63,836 nt of DNA from Eledone cirrhosa (GCA_964016885.1 OZ024746.1:27032001-27095836); one strand, 5' to 3'; positions 19,308-32,090 are shown, counted from the first letter of the stretch. The notes: generated from the sequence alone by a model not told the origin. Made by a program: numbers and translations.

Positions 19308-22300
19308 TCAGGATTTGGGCACCATGGCCCATTCGAGAAGAGAATTACTGTTTGCGGAGACATATCCGGGTGTGGGTGGTTTGTCCGGGATTACTTGGAG
19401 GAATTTGTCCAAAGACTTCTTGAATTTTGTGTGGTCAGTTTCTGTTTTGACGTGTCCTGGTGTGATGTTGAAGAGAGCAGGGCCGATTGAGGTGAAATAA
19501 TTGTGCCGTATTGTTGTTATGAGTTGCGATTTAGATTTTTGAATGGGACGGATAGCACGGGGCCCAAGCCTTGGGTGTATCTTGAAGGCGATGCCAACAT
19601 CATTTGGGCAGTGATGATGGAACATTTTCCACATCATGCAGATAATATAACGCTCACGGCGACGTTGGAGTGAGTAAAGTTTCAGGTTTTCCAATCGACC
19701 CCAGTAGTCAAGGTCTGACATGCCATCTATCTTTTTCGTGATTGCCCTTTGAGGAGCTTCAAGTTTCATGATACTTTGTTTCGTGTGGGGAGACCACAGT
19801 GGACAACAGTATTCAAGGTGTGGTCGGGCGAAAGTAGAGAAGAGAAGGATAATGGTGCGGGAATCTCTCGACTGGAAGGTTCTGAGGATCCAGGAACACA
19901 TTCTGCGGGCCATGTCAACTTTGCTGCTTATATGCGTGGTCCAGCTTATGTTGCTGTCCACGGTTACTCCCAAGTCTCTGATGTTGTTAGATGCCACGAG
20001 AGTTTACCCGGAGGGAAGGGAGTACGGGAGTTTCAGAGCATCCTCTTTTCCAAAGTGGATCAGTTCGAATTTGTCTTCGTTCAGTAACATGTTGTTCTTT
20101 TCTGCCCATTGGGTAACAGCCAGTAGGTCTGACTGAAGGCTTATCCGGTCATCCACGCCATTGATGACCTTTTGGAGCTTGGAATCATCAGCGAAAATTT
20201 TAATGTTGCTGTGTTTGATGATGTCAGTGATGTCATTAATATAGATGATGAAGAGAAGTGGGCCCAACACAGTGCCTTGTGGGACTCCACTACTGACTTT
20301 GGCTGGGCTTGATTTGACTCCCTCAACTACAACATGTTGGGTTCTGTTTGACAGGAAGCTCTTGATCCACTGCAGCAGCTTTCCAGTGACACCAATATTG
20401 GACAGCTTTCTCAGTAGAATGTTATGATCAACCCTGTCAAAGGCCTTGCTGAAATCAAGGTAGATAACATCAGTGTTGGAACCCTCTCCCAAGGCTCTCA
20501 AAATGTCATCAAAGTGATGCAGTAGTTGCGTCAGGCAATCCCTTCCATTACGGAATCCATGCTGGTTGGAGTTCAGCATATTGTTACTCTCAAGGAAGTG
20601 GGTCATTCGCGATCTCACCACTCGCTCAAATACCTTAATGATATGAGAGGTGAGTGAGATTGGACGGTAATTCACGGCAAGGGATTTGTTTCCCTTTTTG
20701 AAAACTGGGACAACAGACTGGGATAGAAGGTTTTCTGGCACATATCCAGCATCCAGTGAGTTCCGCCACAGATTGGCAAGAGGAGAAGCAAGTTGGTGTT
20801 GACACGCCTTCAAGACACAAGCAGGGAACCTATCGGGACCTACTGCTGAATTATGCTTGATTTCCTTTATTGCCGCCAAGACATCAGGGGCGCCAAACGT
20901 TATGTCCGATAAGGTGTAATGGGGAGTAACATCGCCGATACAGCCCAGATCGGCCATATCAGGATTGCTGAAAACAGAGCAGTATTGTATCTGCAGTATC
21001 TCACCCATGGTTTTAGCATTGTCTTGAAGAGTGCCATTTTCATCAATTAGAGGGCCAACAGTAGAGCCAGTGATTTTGTGTTTTTTTGCAAATGAAAAGA
21101 ACACTTTGGGATTGAGTTTGATCTTCTCAATGGCCCAGGCCTCTTCAGCTCTTCTCTGATTGTTGATGAGGGACATTATGTTGTTTTGGAGGTTATGTTT
21201 TTTAATCTCTAGTGATGAAATGGCAGTCAAGTTGATGTGTTGCTGCTGACAGTATTTCAGATTGTTGATTTTTTTGTTCGTTCTCTTAATTTTTCTGATG
21301 AGCGTTTTTCTATTTCTAGGGATTCTGCTCTTAGATTTGTTTATAGTTCTTAATGGGGTGTGTTTAGCACATATGTTTGTAACAGTGTCCACAAATGTCT
21401 GCCAGGACTTTTTGATGTTAGTGGGTGTATGAGTGTGCGTGAAGGACCAGTCGACATGTGCAAGATCATGACTGATCGCTTCCCAGTTTGCATTGTGGAA
21501 ATCCATAGCGTCAAACGGATGGACAGGAGAAATGACATTGGGTTTGTATATTGGACGGTGGAATCTCAGATCACAGAGAACCATGTCATGATCAGAGAGT
21601 AGAGTTTTCTCCACTGCAATATTGTGGATATTGTCAGTGTGATTGCTGAAAATTAAGTCTAGGACGTTTTTGTGGCACCTCGTTGGTTCGAGCACTAGTT
21701 GGGATAGGAAGAAATCATCCATGAAGTCAAGAAGCGATTCCACAGCTTCCCTGTCAGAGGTTGAGGCAGAAGAACCTGGTGGCAGGGTGTTTGTGGACCA
21801 GTCAACTCCGGGGAGGTTGAAGTCCCCCATCATTAAGATGTTGTCAGGGTGACACTCTTGGATGAAACACTTTATGCTGTTGAGGCATTCCTTGAAGCAT
21901 GGTACAGGCGTTTGGGGTGGCCTATAGAGCCCAACTACTAATAGGTTGTTGGTTTGACTGAATACAGTGACTGCCTCACAGTATCCATTAGTGAATATGT
22001 TCATAGCCTCTGTTGAGAAAGAATTATGGACATAAATGGCAGTTCCGCCCTTTCTTCTGCCAGCGCGATCAGCACGGATGGCTTTGAAATTTTTCACTTT
22101 CATCTCGGCTTCCAAGTGGAGGTTACTGAGATGGGTTTCAGTGAGGACGAAGAAAGGGATGTGGTTTGGATGGACATCAATCCAGTCCTCCAGGAATTTG
22201 ATCTTCCATTTTTGAGTATTGGTGGAAGGGCTGATGCCTTGGGCGTTAAGCAAAAATGTAGAGGCGAGAGTGGATGGTTTTAATTGTTTTGGTGTGTTGT

Positions 22301-22328
22301 TAATTTGTTTGTTTGTTAATGGCAGCAA
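19308..22328 (-). pseudogene. LINE ORF2 (APE endonuclease + reverse transcriptase), about 1000 codons with one in-frame TAA at 20004-20006
   Basis: APE motifs LTETH, GLYRPP, GDFN, LDL, SDH; RT motifs NYRPISL, QHGFR, YLDFSKAFD, GVPQGTVLGPLLF, FADD; continues in frame after the stop with RDLGV, RPHLEYCCPLWSP, LYSLQRRR. Confidence 0.93.
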
Positions 22329-22889
22329 TGGGAGTTTGTGCAGTGGGGTGATAGTGGAGGGTGGTGCTGGGTGATAGCTCGAATGTTTTTTTCCAGTTCT
22401 TTTGCCAGATTCATTATGGCTAAAAAAGAGGAAGAAGTTTCCTGTTTAGAAGACTGTTGGTGACTGTGGTAGTGGTTATTTTTATGTAGGTTATGGTTTT
22501 TGTTTTTGCTTTTATTTTCATTTATCCGACGGGTCCCCGGGAGATGGGTAAAGGGACAATCCCGGTCTAAACACAATCTGTCTCGCAGGGAAAAACGGCA
22601 GATTTGTGGATTCCTTGTTTGAGTTATTGGTGGTTGTGTTGGTGTTAAATTAGAGTATGTATTATGGTGGTGGCTGTTTGTGGGGATAGATCGTTTTGTC
22701 CTAGGTAAATGGGTGAATTTGCAGCCACTATCCGTACATATTCTATAGCGTAGAGAGTAGCGGCAAATGATGGGGTTTCGAGTGGGTGGGTATATGGGTG
22801 TGGGTGTTGTGAGAGGTGTAGATGATGGTTTGGGTAGGATTTGACGACCTTTGTGGACTGTGGGAGGGAGAGTTCTTGTTCTGGTATTA
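22316..22889 (-). CDS. LINE ORF1 C-terminal part with two CCCH-like zinc fingers
   Basis: [19 protein letters not shown] and [19 protein letters not shown]; overlaps the start of the ORF2 frame; truncated by the TA array. Confidence 0.75.
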
Positions 22890-23017
22890 TACATTTATAT
22901 ATACATTTATATATATATATATATATACATTTATATATATATATATATATACATTTATATATATATATATATATATATATACATTTATATATATATATAT
23001 ATATATATATACATTTA

Positions 23018-23073
<56 letters not shown>

Positions 23074-23131
23074 CATTTATATATATATACATTTATATAT
23101 ATATATACATTTATATATATATATATACATT

Positions 23132-23163
<32 letters not shown>

Positions 23164-23247
23164 CATTTATATATATATATACATTTATATATATACATTT
23201 ATATATATATATACATTTATATATACATTTATATATACATTTATATA

Positions 23248-23283
<36 letters not shown>

Positions 23284-23425
23284 CATTTATATATATATAT
23301 ACATTTATATATATACATTTATATATATATATATATATACATATATATACATTTATATATATATATACATTTATATATATATATACATTTATATATATAT
23401 ACATTTATATATATATATATATATG
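22890..23425. repeat. (TA)n/TACATT array
   Basis: Direct reading. Confidence 0.95.
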
Positions 23426-24127
23426 CACACATATATTTATGTACGTCCATACATACATAAATACACACACACACAATTATACATTTATCAGTGATACCTC
23501 GAGTATATATATATATATACTGAAAGTTTATATATATATATATTTATATATACTGAAAGTTTATATATATGTATGTATACATATATATGTTTATACGTGA
23601 TTGTGCTTCAGTGTGTCTGTTTTTGGTGTGTGTGTGTGTGTGCGTATTTTTCTGTGACTGTGTATGAGTACATCTACGTAATATTGGCTAATTTTAAGAT
23701 TTCGCAATATTTAAAGAAAAAGTAAAAAAAGTAAAAAAATAAAGAAGTAAAAAAGAAGTAAACAAAATAGAATCGAATGATAAAATTTAATAAAGTGTAA
23801 TGAAATGAGTAAAATGATGATGATGATGACGACGAGAGGATAGTAATAATAATAATAATAATAATGGTAATAATATTAATGTAACAAAGTATTCTGAGAG
23901 GTAGAAGATGACGAAATAAGAATGAAAAGAAATGAAAGTGTTATATAAAGAGAATGAATGTGAGGAAATATTTAAAAATGACAAAATCAAGCTCATAATA
24001 AGACACAAACTCACATAAAAAGAAAATAGTACGACACGAACACACAAAGTGGAGAGACAGCGCCATGAAAAAATAATATGAATTTGAAATGGGTAAAAAC
24101 CTTTTATGAAATTATACTGAAAACGAA

Positions 24128-24200
24128 TATATATATATATAATGTATGTATATATATATGTATGTATGTATGTATATATATGTATGTATGTATATATATG

Positions 24201-24271
<71 letters not shown>

Positions 24272-24504
24272 GTATATATGTATGTATGTATATATGTATG
24301 TATATATGTATGTATGTATGTATGTATGTGTATGTATGTATATATGTATATGTATGTATGTATATATATATACGTATGTATGTATATATATATATATATA
24401 TATATACGTATGTATGTATATATATACGTATGTATACGTATGTATGTATGTATATATATATATACACGTATGCATGTATATATATGTATGTATATATATA
24501 TATG

Positions 24505-24536
<32 letters not shown>

Positions 24537-24568
24537 TATGTATGTATATATATATATATGTATGTATG

Positions 24569-24607
<39 letters not shown>

Positions 24608-24622
24608 GTATATATATGTTTG

Positions 24623-24669
<47 letters not shown>

Positions 24670-24771
24670 ATATATATACACACACACATATATACATATA
24701 TATACATATATATACATATATATATACATACATATACATATATATATACATACATATATATATATACATAC

Positions 24772-24806
<35 letters not shown>

Positions 24807-24883
24807 CATATATATACATACATATATATTTATATATATATATACATACATACATATATATTTATATATATATATACATATAC

Positions 24884-24955
<72 letters not shown>
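24128..24955. repeat. (TATG)n to (CATA)n strand-switching microsatellite, then (TA)n(GA)n
   Basis: TATG-type units to about 24630, CATA-type units after about 24660. Confidence 0.9.
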
Positions 24956-24959
<4 letters not shown>

Positions 24960-25263
24960 GTGAGAGTGTGTGTGTAGAAGAAAAGAAACAATGAAGAAAA
25001 TAAATGGTTGGGTTGATAAAGATGTTTAGATTAACAACTGAGTACTTTTGTCTGGAGGCATTCCTGTTCATGTCTTTTGGTGTGTCTTTGAAAATCTGCC
25101 ATCATATGACAGACGCACAGCCTACTACTATCGAATCAAGACGTTCATTTTCTTCTTCTTCTTCTTCTTACAATACATGTTTCTGCTTGTTGTTAGTTCC
25201 TATATTTTTCTCATTCGAAATTATTTTTTATTTAATTTCATTTCATTTCATTTTCTCTCACAG

Positions 25264-25370
25264 AGGAAATTAATCTTGGAATTAACCCTCTAGGCGTGTC
25301 TAAGATGAGTTCGTTACAAGATATTGCAACCATTTTGAAGCAACGAATATATCTCTTAGCAAAGGATTAA
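25264..25370 (+). CDS. Candidate terminal coding exon of an unidentified host gene
   Basis: Long pyrimidine tract + cag acceptor; open frame EINLGINPLGVSKMSSLQDIATILKQRIYLLAKD*; AATAAA at 25692. Confidence 0.3.
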
Positions 25371-25783
25371 CAAGAAGAAAAAAGAAATTTGTGATTCATT
25401 ACGTCTTAAGGTTATATATCATCATATTTTCTTTTTTTTTTTTTACTAATGTTTTGTAAAACGCATTCAAGGACAGAAAATAATAATGATCAAAACTGAT
25501 AAAGTTTAAAATGTAGTCAGTCGTATTTATTTAGATCTCTCTTCAATGCATATTTCTGTCACTTGGGGATTATGTTTCCATATAATTACCGATGGATATG
25601 TTAACATGACCTTACAGTTTGAGTTCACTGAGAACAATTGCCATATTACCGTATTGTCGTATTGCCGTTAACTATAGTATTTTTTTTCTACAATAAAACG
25701 AGTGTCATTTAGGTGCACGGTAAACAAGGGAGGTGTAGAGTTTTCATTTCCGATTGTTCAATGGCTCAAAATCTCTCTCTCTC

Positions 25784-25817
<34 letters not shown>

Positions 25818-25827
25818 AACGAGTAGG

Positions 25828-25925
25828 ACCCCGACGGCTGAGCTCAAGCCGTTTCGACGGCTAATTCTGGACTAAATGAAAAATTTTTATCCTGGTAAAT
25901 GAATAGCCGAGCTTCTCAGGGGGGT
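25828..25925 (-). ncRNA. Type I hammerhead-like motif, variant core
   Basis: CCCC-CUGAGAA-long stem II (CGGCUA/UAGCCG)-GAAA-CGGCU(UGAGCUC)AGCCG-UC-GGGG; position 8 is A rather than G. Confidence 0.6.
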
Positions 25926-26702
25926 AATTCCATATATGGTAAAAGTGATTGTCACAAGGATTGGTCAAAAGTTTGTTGTTGAGACACATAATTCTATCAT
26001 AGCATTTTGTGGAAGGAAGGGGTAGCTGAACTTGCCAGTAGAAGAAAGAGGCAGAGGGAGTGGAGGAAACCCAGTCGTGCGTTGCAAGTGACAACTACAG
26101 CAGAATCCTAAGGATAAGAGGTCGAGAGAAGTATACTAGAGGGGGGAGGGGGGGGGGGGGGAGGAAGTAGAAACAATAAGTAAATCAATATGGAGTAAAT
26201 ATATAGAAAAATATAAGAATATTAAAAATATAAAAAAACACAATTTCTGGTTACTATTCCCCTACCACAATCATCAAGTCTCTCACTGGTACTGCTAAAC
26301 TATAGAAAAGTTTAATAGGTGGGACGGAATTTAAATACGAGATTGTAGTGAAAGAATTTTATGAGTTAGTAGTAATCGGCCAAATCTAGCTTACAATGAC
26401 AGGTCAACAAGTAGGGGGCCAAAATACTAACCCCCCCCCAAAAAAAAACTCCATATAGATTTACTTATTGTTTCGACTCCCCCCCTCTCTAGTATACTTC
26501 TCTCGACCTCTTATCCTTAGGATTCTGCTGTAGTTGTCACTTTCAACGCACGACTGGGTTTCCTCCACTCCCTCTCCCTCTTTCTTCTACTGGCAAGTTC
26601 AGCTACCCCTTCCTTCCACAAAATGCTATGATAGAATTATGTGTCTCAACAACAAACTTTTGACCATTCCTTGTGACAATCACTTTTACCATATATGGAA
26701 TT

Positions 26703-26798
26703 ACCCCCTGAGAAGCTCGGCTATTCATTTACCAGGATAAAAATTTTCATTTAGTCCAGAATTAGCCGTCGAAACGGCTTGAGCTCAGCCATCGGGGT
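26703..26798 (+). ncRNA. Type I hammerhead-like motif, variant core (mirror copy)
   Basis: ACCCC-CUGAGAA...GAAACGGCUUGAGCUCAGCCAUC-GGGGU; G-to-A change at 26791 weakens stem III. Confidence 0.55.
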
Positions 26799-26889
26799 CC
26801 TACTCGTTCCTATTACCCACTCTACTACCCTAAGTATTGAGTACTTTGGTGCGTTATGGTCCATCTTGTTCCTTACCACATTTCCTTCG

Positions 26890-26955
<66 letters not shown>

Positions 26956-26958
26956 ATT

Positions 26959-27006
<48 letters not shown>

Positions 27007-27007
27007 C

Positions 27008-27062
<55 letters not shown>

Positions 27063-27733
27063 CATATATATATATATATTTATATATATACATATATATT
27101 TACACATATACATTTACATATATATATACAAGTGGAAGCTTAGTAAAATCGAAGCTTTGGCTGTGGCCAAGCAAAGTCGACCTACAATTAGGAATGAGTA
27201 GCAAAGCACTCAATATGGGTAGGTCCTCAGAGTAATAACATTAGGTTTAGATAGCTTGACAAATTGAAAATTGCAGCAGGCAAAACCCAACCATACAATA
27301 CCAAAACAACGAAACAAACTAATCAGGCTAGTCAACAGACCTGGACAAATCGAAATATATTCTGAAATACGTCCGATATGTTTCTATGAATCCGAATTAA
27401 TCATCAATCCAACTTACGTAACACGCAAGCTTGTGGTATTCCATGATCGAACAGGGGACTCACTTCATCGATGGGTATTTCGTTCTTTGCCTCAAACCGG
27501 TGTGAACTGTAACTCACTGCGACCGCCACAATAGACAACCTTCAGTCATTTCGTTGTCACGTGTTATCTCCAACAAGGGAAGCAACCCCTGGTTTTTGGC
27601 GGGTAAATTCAAAGTGTTAACAAAGGAAAATAATTCCGCTCAACATTCCGAATAAAAGGTCTCAACTAGACGTTATTAAACAAACACAAATAATTAACCA
27701 ATCGACAGAATTGTCTAATTAAATTAATTAATT

Positions 27734-27745
27734 ATATATATACAC

Positions 27746-27804
<59 letters not shown>

Positions 27805-27917
27805 TATATATATGTATATATATATGAATATATATATATATATGTATATATATGTATATACATATATATATATGTATATATATATACATATATATATATA
27901 CATATATATATATATAC

Positions 27918-27948
<31 letters not shown>

Positions 27949-28103
27949 CGTATGTATATATGTATACATGTATGTATACATGTATATATATATATGATGT
28001 ATGTATGTATGTATGTATGTATGTATGTATGTATGTATGTATGTATGTATGTATGTATGTATGTATGTATGTATGTATGTATGTATGTATGTATGTATGT
28101 ATG
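27734..28103. repeat. (TA)n/(CATA)/(TATG)n compound microsatellite
   Basis: Direct reading. Confidence 0.95.
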
Positions 28104-28181
28104 CAGGATATCCGTAGATAAAAAGCCAAGGAAAACAGTGCTCAGTCTATTGCAAGAGAGCTTATTTAGTATAATTAAAAT

Positions 28182-28258
28182 ATCATACACTTAACATTTA
28201 TGCGTGACCTTAACTAAACCCCGAAACGTAAGGTCGCACATACATGTTAAGTGTATGA
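28182..28258. repeat. Imperfect inverted repeat enclosing a possible hammerhead 3' half
   Basis: tcatacacttaacat...gtgacctta / taaggtcgcac...atgttaagtgtatga around CCCCGAAACGTA. Confidence 0.55.
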
Positions 28259-29084
28259 AATTATGATTATGTATAATTTTCTTTGGAAAGCGTACGGTCT
28301 GAATTTAATTTAATACTATTTATTTGCTTGAGATATAAATAAATTTGGTATATTTCCCACGAAGTAGTAATTTTTGTAAAAGTAAGGGGTGTGTAATTTT
28401 AAATTGAAACTGTTTGCTCCGATGACCTACTTAAAATTTAGCTTTGTTTAGGGATAATAAAATTCTATAAACCTTCGTTGGTCTTCGGACGGCATCAGAT
28501 AGCGGTGCCATGGGGCAGACCTTTTCACTTTACCAGAAGACGTTTTCGTTAATGTTTTGCTATTCTCTGATGTCCTGGTTGAATATTTTATACTTATAGA
28601 TTCATGTATATTTCATTTTATCTTAATTATGTTTTACATTCGAGTGTATATATTATGTTTATTTTATATTAATAATTACACCGAGATTTATACCTTTTGA
28701 GCCGCCTTTTGATATCGTATTTTCTGATCTCATATCTATATTTTTCATTATCTTAATAAATTGGGTATTTTCTTAATTCTTATTTTGGTTTTCAGTAGGA
28801 ACTAAACTTCTTGTATGTTTCATCTTGTAATCATTTCTCTCATTTCCTTGACGATGAATTAGGTTTTTTTATGCTATGCTGTGTAAACGTCATCTTGGTG
28901 GTTAGTTTGAGGGTTTAAGGTCAAGGGTTTACGGGAGAGAGTGGAGCAAGGCCTATTACATAATAGGGTTGTAGTCGGTGCAGGTAATAATAGATATTGT
29001 TTAATGTCTATTCCTATACAGAAACTGCGTATACTTTACACACACACGCACATATATATATATTTGAGAGAGAGAGAGAGTGAC

Positions 29085-29143
<59 letters not shown>

Positions 29144-29191
29144 TCGATTCAATTTGGATTGCCTCGGGAACATAACCTTATTATGTAAGAA

Positions 29192-29266
29192 GCTGTCTGA
29201 TGATGTCACGGCACTGGGTACACCGAAGCGTGTGGCCACTGTCGTCATTGAAATATGTATCACAGT
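29192..29266 (+). ncRNA. Type I hammerhead ribozyme motif
   Basis: Stem I GCUGU/ACAGU, CUGAUGA at 29197, extended stem II (ACGGCA/UGUCGU, UGG/CCA, UACAC/GUGUG), GAAA at 29250, stem III AUAUGUAU, site AUC at 29261. Confidence 0.72.
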
Positions 29267-29419
29267 ATTATCATTAAAGGACTTTAACATCTGAAACTAC
29301 TTCGCATTTTCTTATTCTAAATATACTCCGTCACTCCTATGTGGAAAAAGTATGTTGAGTGCTTGAATTGAATTGCATCAATGTTTATCATAAGTATATA
29401 TATATATATATATATATAT

Positions 29420-29823
29420 TTAAAAGAATAGAGGTGTAACACACAAGTTATGATAAATTGGTAAATGGAAAAGAAAATGCTGACAAATTGTTCACAGTGA
29501 AAAATAGTTTAATTAGGAATAAGTGAGAATTAGTAATAGTATTGGTTAGTATTCAGTTTTCGTTTTAAGTTTTAGCGGTTGCGCATTTCTAATGCTTTTC
29601 AAAAATAATTTTGAGATAGAGCGTCCGTGATGTTTGCTCTGATCTGAGCAAACATCACGGACGCTCTATCTCAAAATTATTTTTGAAAAGCATTAGAAAT
29701 GCGCAACCGCTAAAACTTAAAACCAAAACTGAATACTAACCAATACTATTACTAATTCTCACTTATTCCTAATTAAACTATTTTTCACTGTGAACAATTT
29801 GTCAGCATTTTCTTTTCCATTTA

Positions 29824-29828
<5 letters not shown>
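29420..29828. mobile_element. Near-perfect palindromic element, family H2, in (TA)n
   Basis: 183-bp arms 29457-29639/29646-29828 with one mismatch seen, centre TGATCT, one-sided tail 29420-29456; single-arm copy at 51809-51997. Confidence 0.92.
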
Positions 29829-29890
<62 letters not shown>

Positions 29891-30100
29891 TTTACGTATC
29901 GAGAAAGAGAGAAAAAGGAGGGATAGGTGATACATATAGTTATTTGCCAAGTAGCGTATGCCAAAGGTGCTCGATACTAATGCCGGCAGTATTAAATATT
30001 TGAAGTGTTAATATTTAGTGGGCTAGAGAGTTAGCAGAGCGTAAGCACGTGGGAAAGTAAATAATCGGAGAATAGACCGTTAAAACATGTTTATTTAAAA

Positions 30101-30145
30101 TATCACCTACGTACGTTTCGCCCAGTTGGGCTTCTCAAGGGCATA
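30101..30145 (-). ncRNA. Minimal type I hammerhead with U3-A8 core
   Basis: CC-UUGAGAA-GCCC(AACU)GGGC-GAAA-CGUACG-UA-GG, then AAUAAA; lies downstream of a PLE ORF end; stem I is weak. Confidence 0.68.
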
Positions 30146-30449
30146 AATAATCACAAGTGCTCCTTATATAGTTCGGAAAGAGTTTTGGGGGTTAAATCTA
30201 CATCAAGATTCATTGCTCGCAAAAATATCTTGTTTTGATTTTGCAACAGGTCAAGGGAGGTAACTCTGGCCGGTGTTAGGGCAGTCTTTCCCGGATAATT
30301 TTTTTTTTTTTTTTTCTCCCCGCATCGGTTTGTCTGAGGCTGGGTCTGGTGTGCAAGGATTGTTTTCCGGGTGTTATTTTGCTGCGCCTGCCCGCCGGGG
30401 TGTTAAGACTTGTTGCAGGGAGATCCAGTGTACTATTTCACTCTTCATT

Positions 30450-30645
30450 CTTAACCCATCTAAAGAAGGATATTTTTAAGCGATGTGTACAACTTATCGC
30501 TGTTTCAGCTCTGCTGTTGATGAGCTCGTGGGGGTGCAGTTATGATATGGTAGAGCTCCATGAGGCAAAGATCGCATTTCCTCTTGAAGTTGTACGGTGC
30601 AGCCCTGCCGACAATCTCCCAGTGCGTGGAGAAGCTGATGTTTAA
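30450..30645 (-). pseudogene. C-terminus of a Penelope-like element endonuclease region (frameshifted)
   Basis: WEIVGRAAPYNFKRKCDLCLMELYHII then, after a frameshift, LINSRAETAISCTHR; matches the W.I...A..Y...C.LCL.E...LN.R.E....C.H tail seen in PLE ORFs. Confidence 0.7.
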
Positions 30646-31856
30646 GTCCTTTATAATATATATACGTGTATTTATATATTTGTGTGCGTCTTTATGTATA
30701 TATACGTCTCTATATATACATATATAAGTATAAACACACATACGCACATACATACACACATACATATAAAATTCGGAATTTATATATCAACGTTGTGCAA
30801 AATTCGATTTCTCTGTAGAAACCATATCACAGTCGAAATGTATTGGTGTTATGAGAGTAGCAACATGAAATTCTATATTGAATTACCTGGGAACGATACC
30901 ACACGATAAACAACAATCAGTAAATACAATAAACACACACACACACACTCACACATATTCATTGTTTCTGTAGATAGACAGCAGAATGAGTGTGCTGATT
31001 CGAGGTTAATTTCTTGGGGCTGCATAACTCCCATTGATTGGCCTTGCTCCCCGAAACGATCGTAAAAAACAATGGATTAATTAACTACTACACATTGTCT
31101 TATTCTTTCATTGTTTAATACTATATGTACACACGTACACACACACATATAAATATATACACGCATACATACAAATATATATATATAAACACACACACAC
31201 GCACATACACACACACACACACATATATAAATATATACATGCATACATACAAATATATATATATATATATAAACACACACGCACACACACACACACACAC
31301 ACATATATAAATATATACATGCATACATACAAATATATATAAACACACACACACAGGCACATACACACACACACACGTATATATATATATATATACATGT
31401 ACCAAATTGTACACACGCTGACATATAAAAATTACTTTGACGGAAATTCATCTAAACATATATAATTGTCCCATAGACATTTCAGTCGATCTTTTTCAAT
31501 GGTTTTAACTCGTATTTATTTTTCCTGATCTTAAAATTATATAATTTAAAAGGTTACCCTGGCCTCATTAGCTACATTGAATTGAAGGCATTAATGGCAT
31601 CACAAACAACGATAGCGTATAATAACATCCATGTTACTAGAAATTGTAAAGGTAAATTGCTTATGGCAATTGTTCATTAAAATAAATATTAGATTTTTCT
31701 GTTGTTGTTTCTGATAGAATAGAAGTTCACTTCTTCAAAAATATCTGCCATGTTTATAAGACACAAAACGATAGGAGTTTTACTGGCAAAACGATGCTTA
31801 TTTCATCCACTTGTAATACGATATTTAAGGCATTACTTATATTTACACACGCATAC

Positions 31857-31887
<31 letters not shown>

Positions 31888-31947
31888 TGTATGTATGTAT
31901 GTATGTATGTATGTATGTATGTATGTATGTATGTATGTATGTATGTA

Positions 31948-32090
31948 CGCCTACAGAAAGATGTCGATGGTCTGTATTTCAATAGCAAAGAAGGAGGACG
32001 AGAGTTGATAAACGTAGAAAACTGGGTAAAGATAAAGATAGAGAGCCTAAGGAACTATGTTTCTTTATTGAAGAGGTGCTCTTGATAGCA
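31948..32090 (+). pseudogene. R4/Dong-like non-LTR retrotransposon fragment
   Basis: DVDGLYFNSKEGGRELINVENWV resembles the DVDRLYxxRxxGGRGL thumb motif; abuts (TATG)n. Confidence 0.55.

Larger units (their letters stand above)
19221..22889 (-). mobile_element. CR1-group non-LTR retrotransposon, 5'-truncated within ORF1
   Basis: ORF1 remnant, APE-RT ORF2, short 3' UTR and (TTCAAAGTTA)2 tail; both flanks are (TA)n arrays. Confidence 0.92.
25813..26892. mobile_element. Large inverted-repeat element, family H1, with a hammerhead-like motif in each arm
   Basis: Arms about 25813-26196 and 26448-26813 with a few mismatches, about 250-bp spacer, one-sided tail 26814-26892, (TA)n on both sides. Confidence 0.88.

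Noticed and set aside
25861-26740. Twin 77-aa and 68-aa ORFs in the H1 arms
   Set aside because: Non-ATG starts, different C-termini, no recognisable motif; explained by the inverted duplication
29457-29828. Palindromes as pure sequencing fold-back artefacts
   Set aside because: Not fully excluded, but arm mismatches, one-sided tails and family-specific ends repeated at independent loci argue for biological origin
31025-31070. GAAACGATCGTA as a hammerhead 3' half (similar at about 48445)
   Set aside because: No CUGANGA box at the right position; looks like a different dispersed repeat
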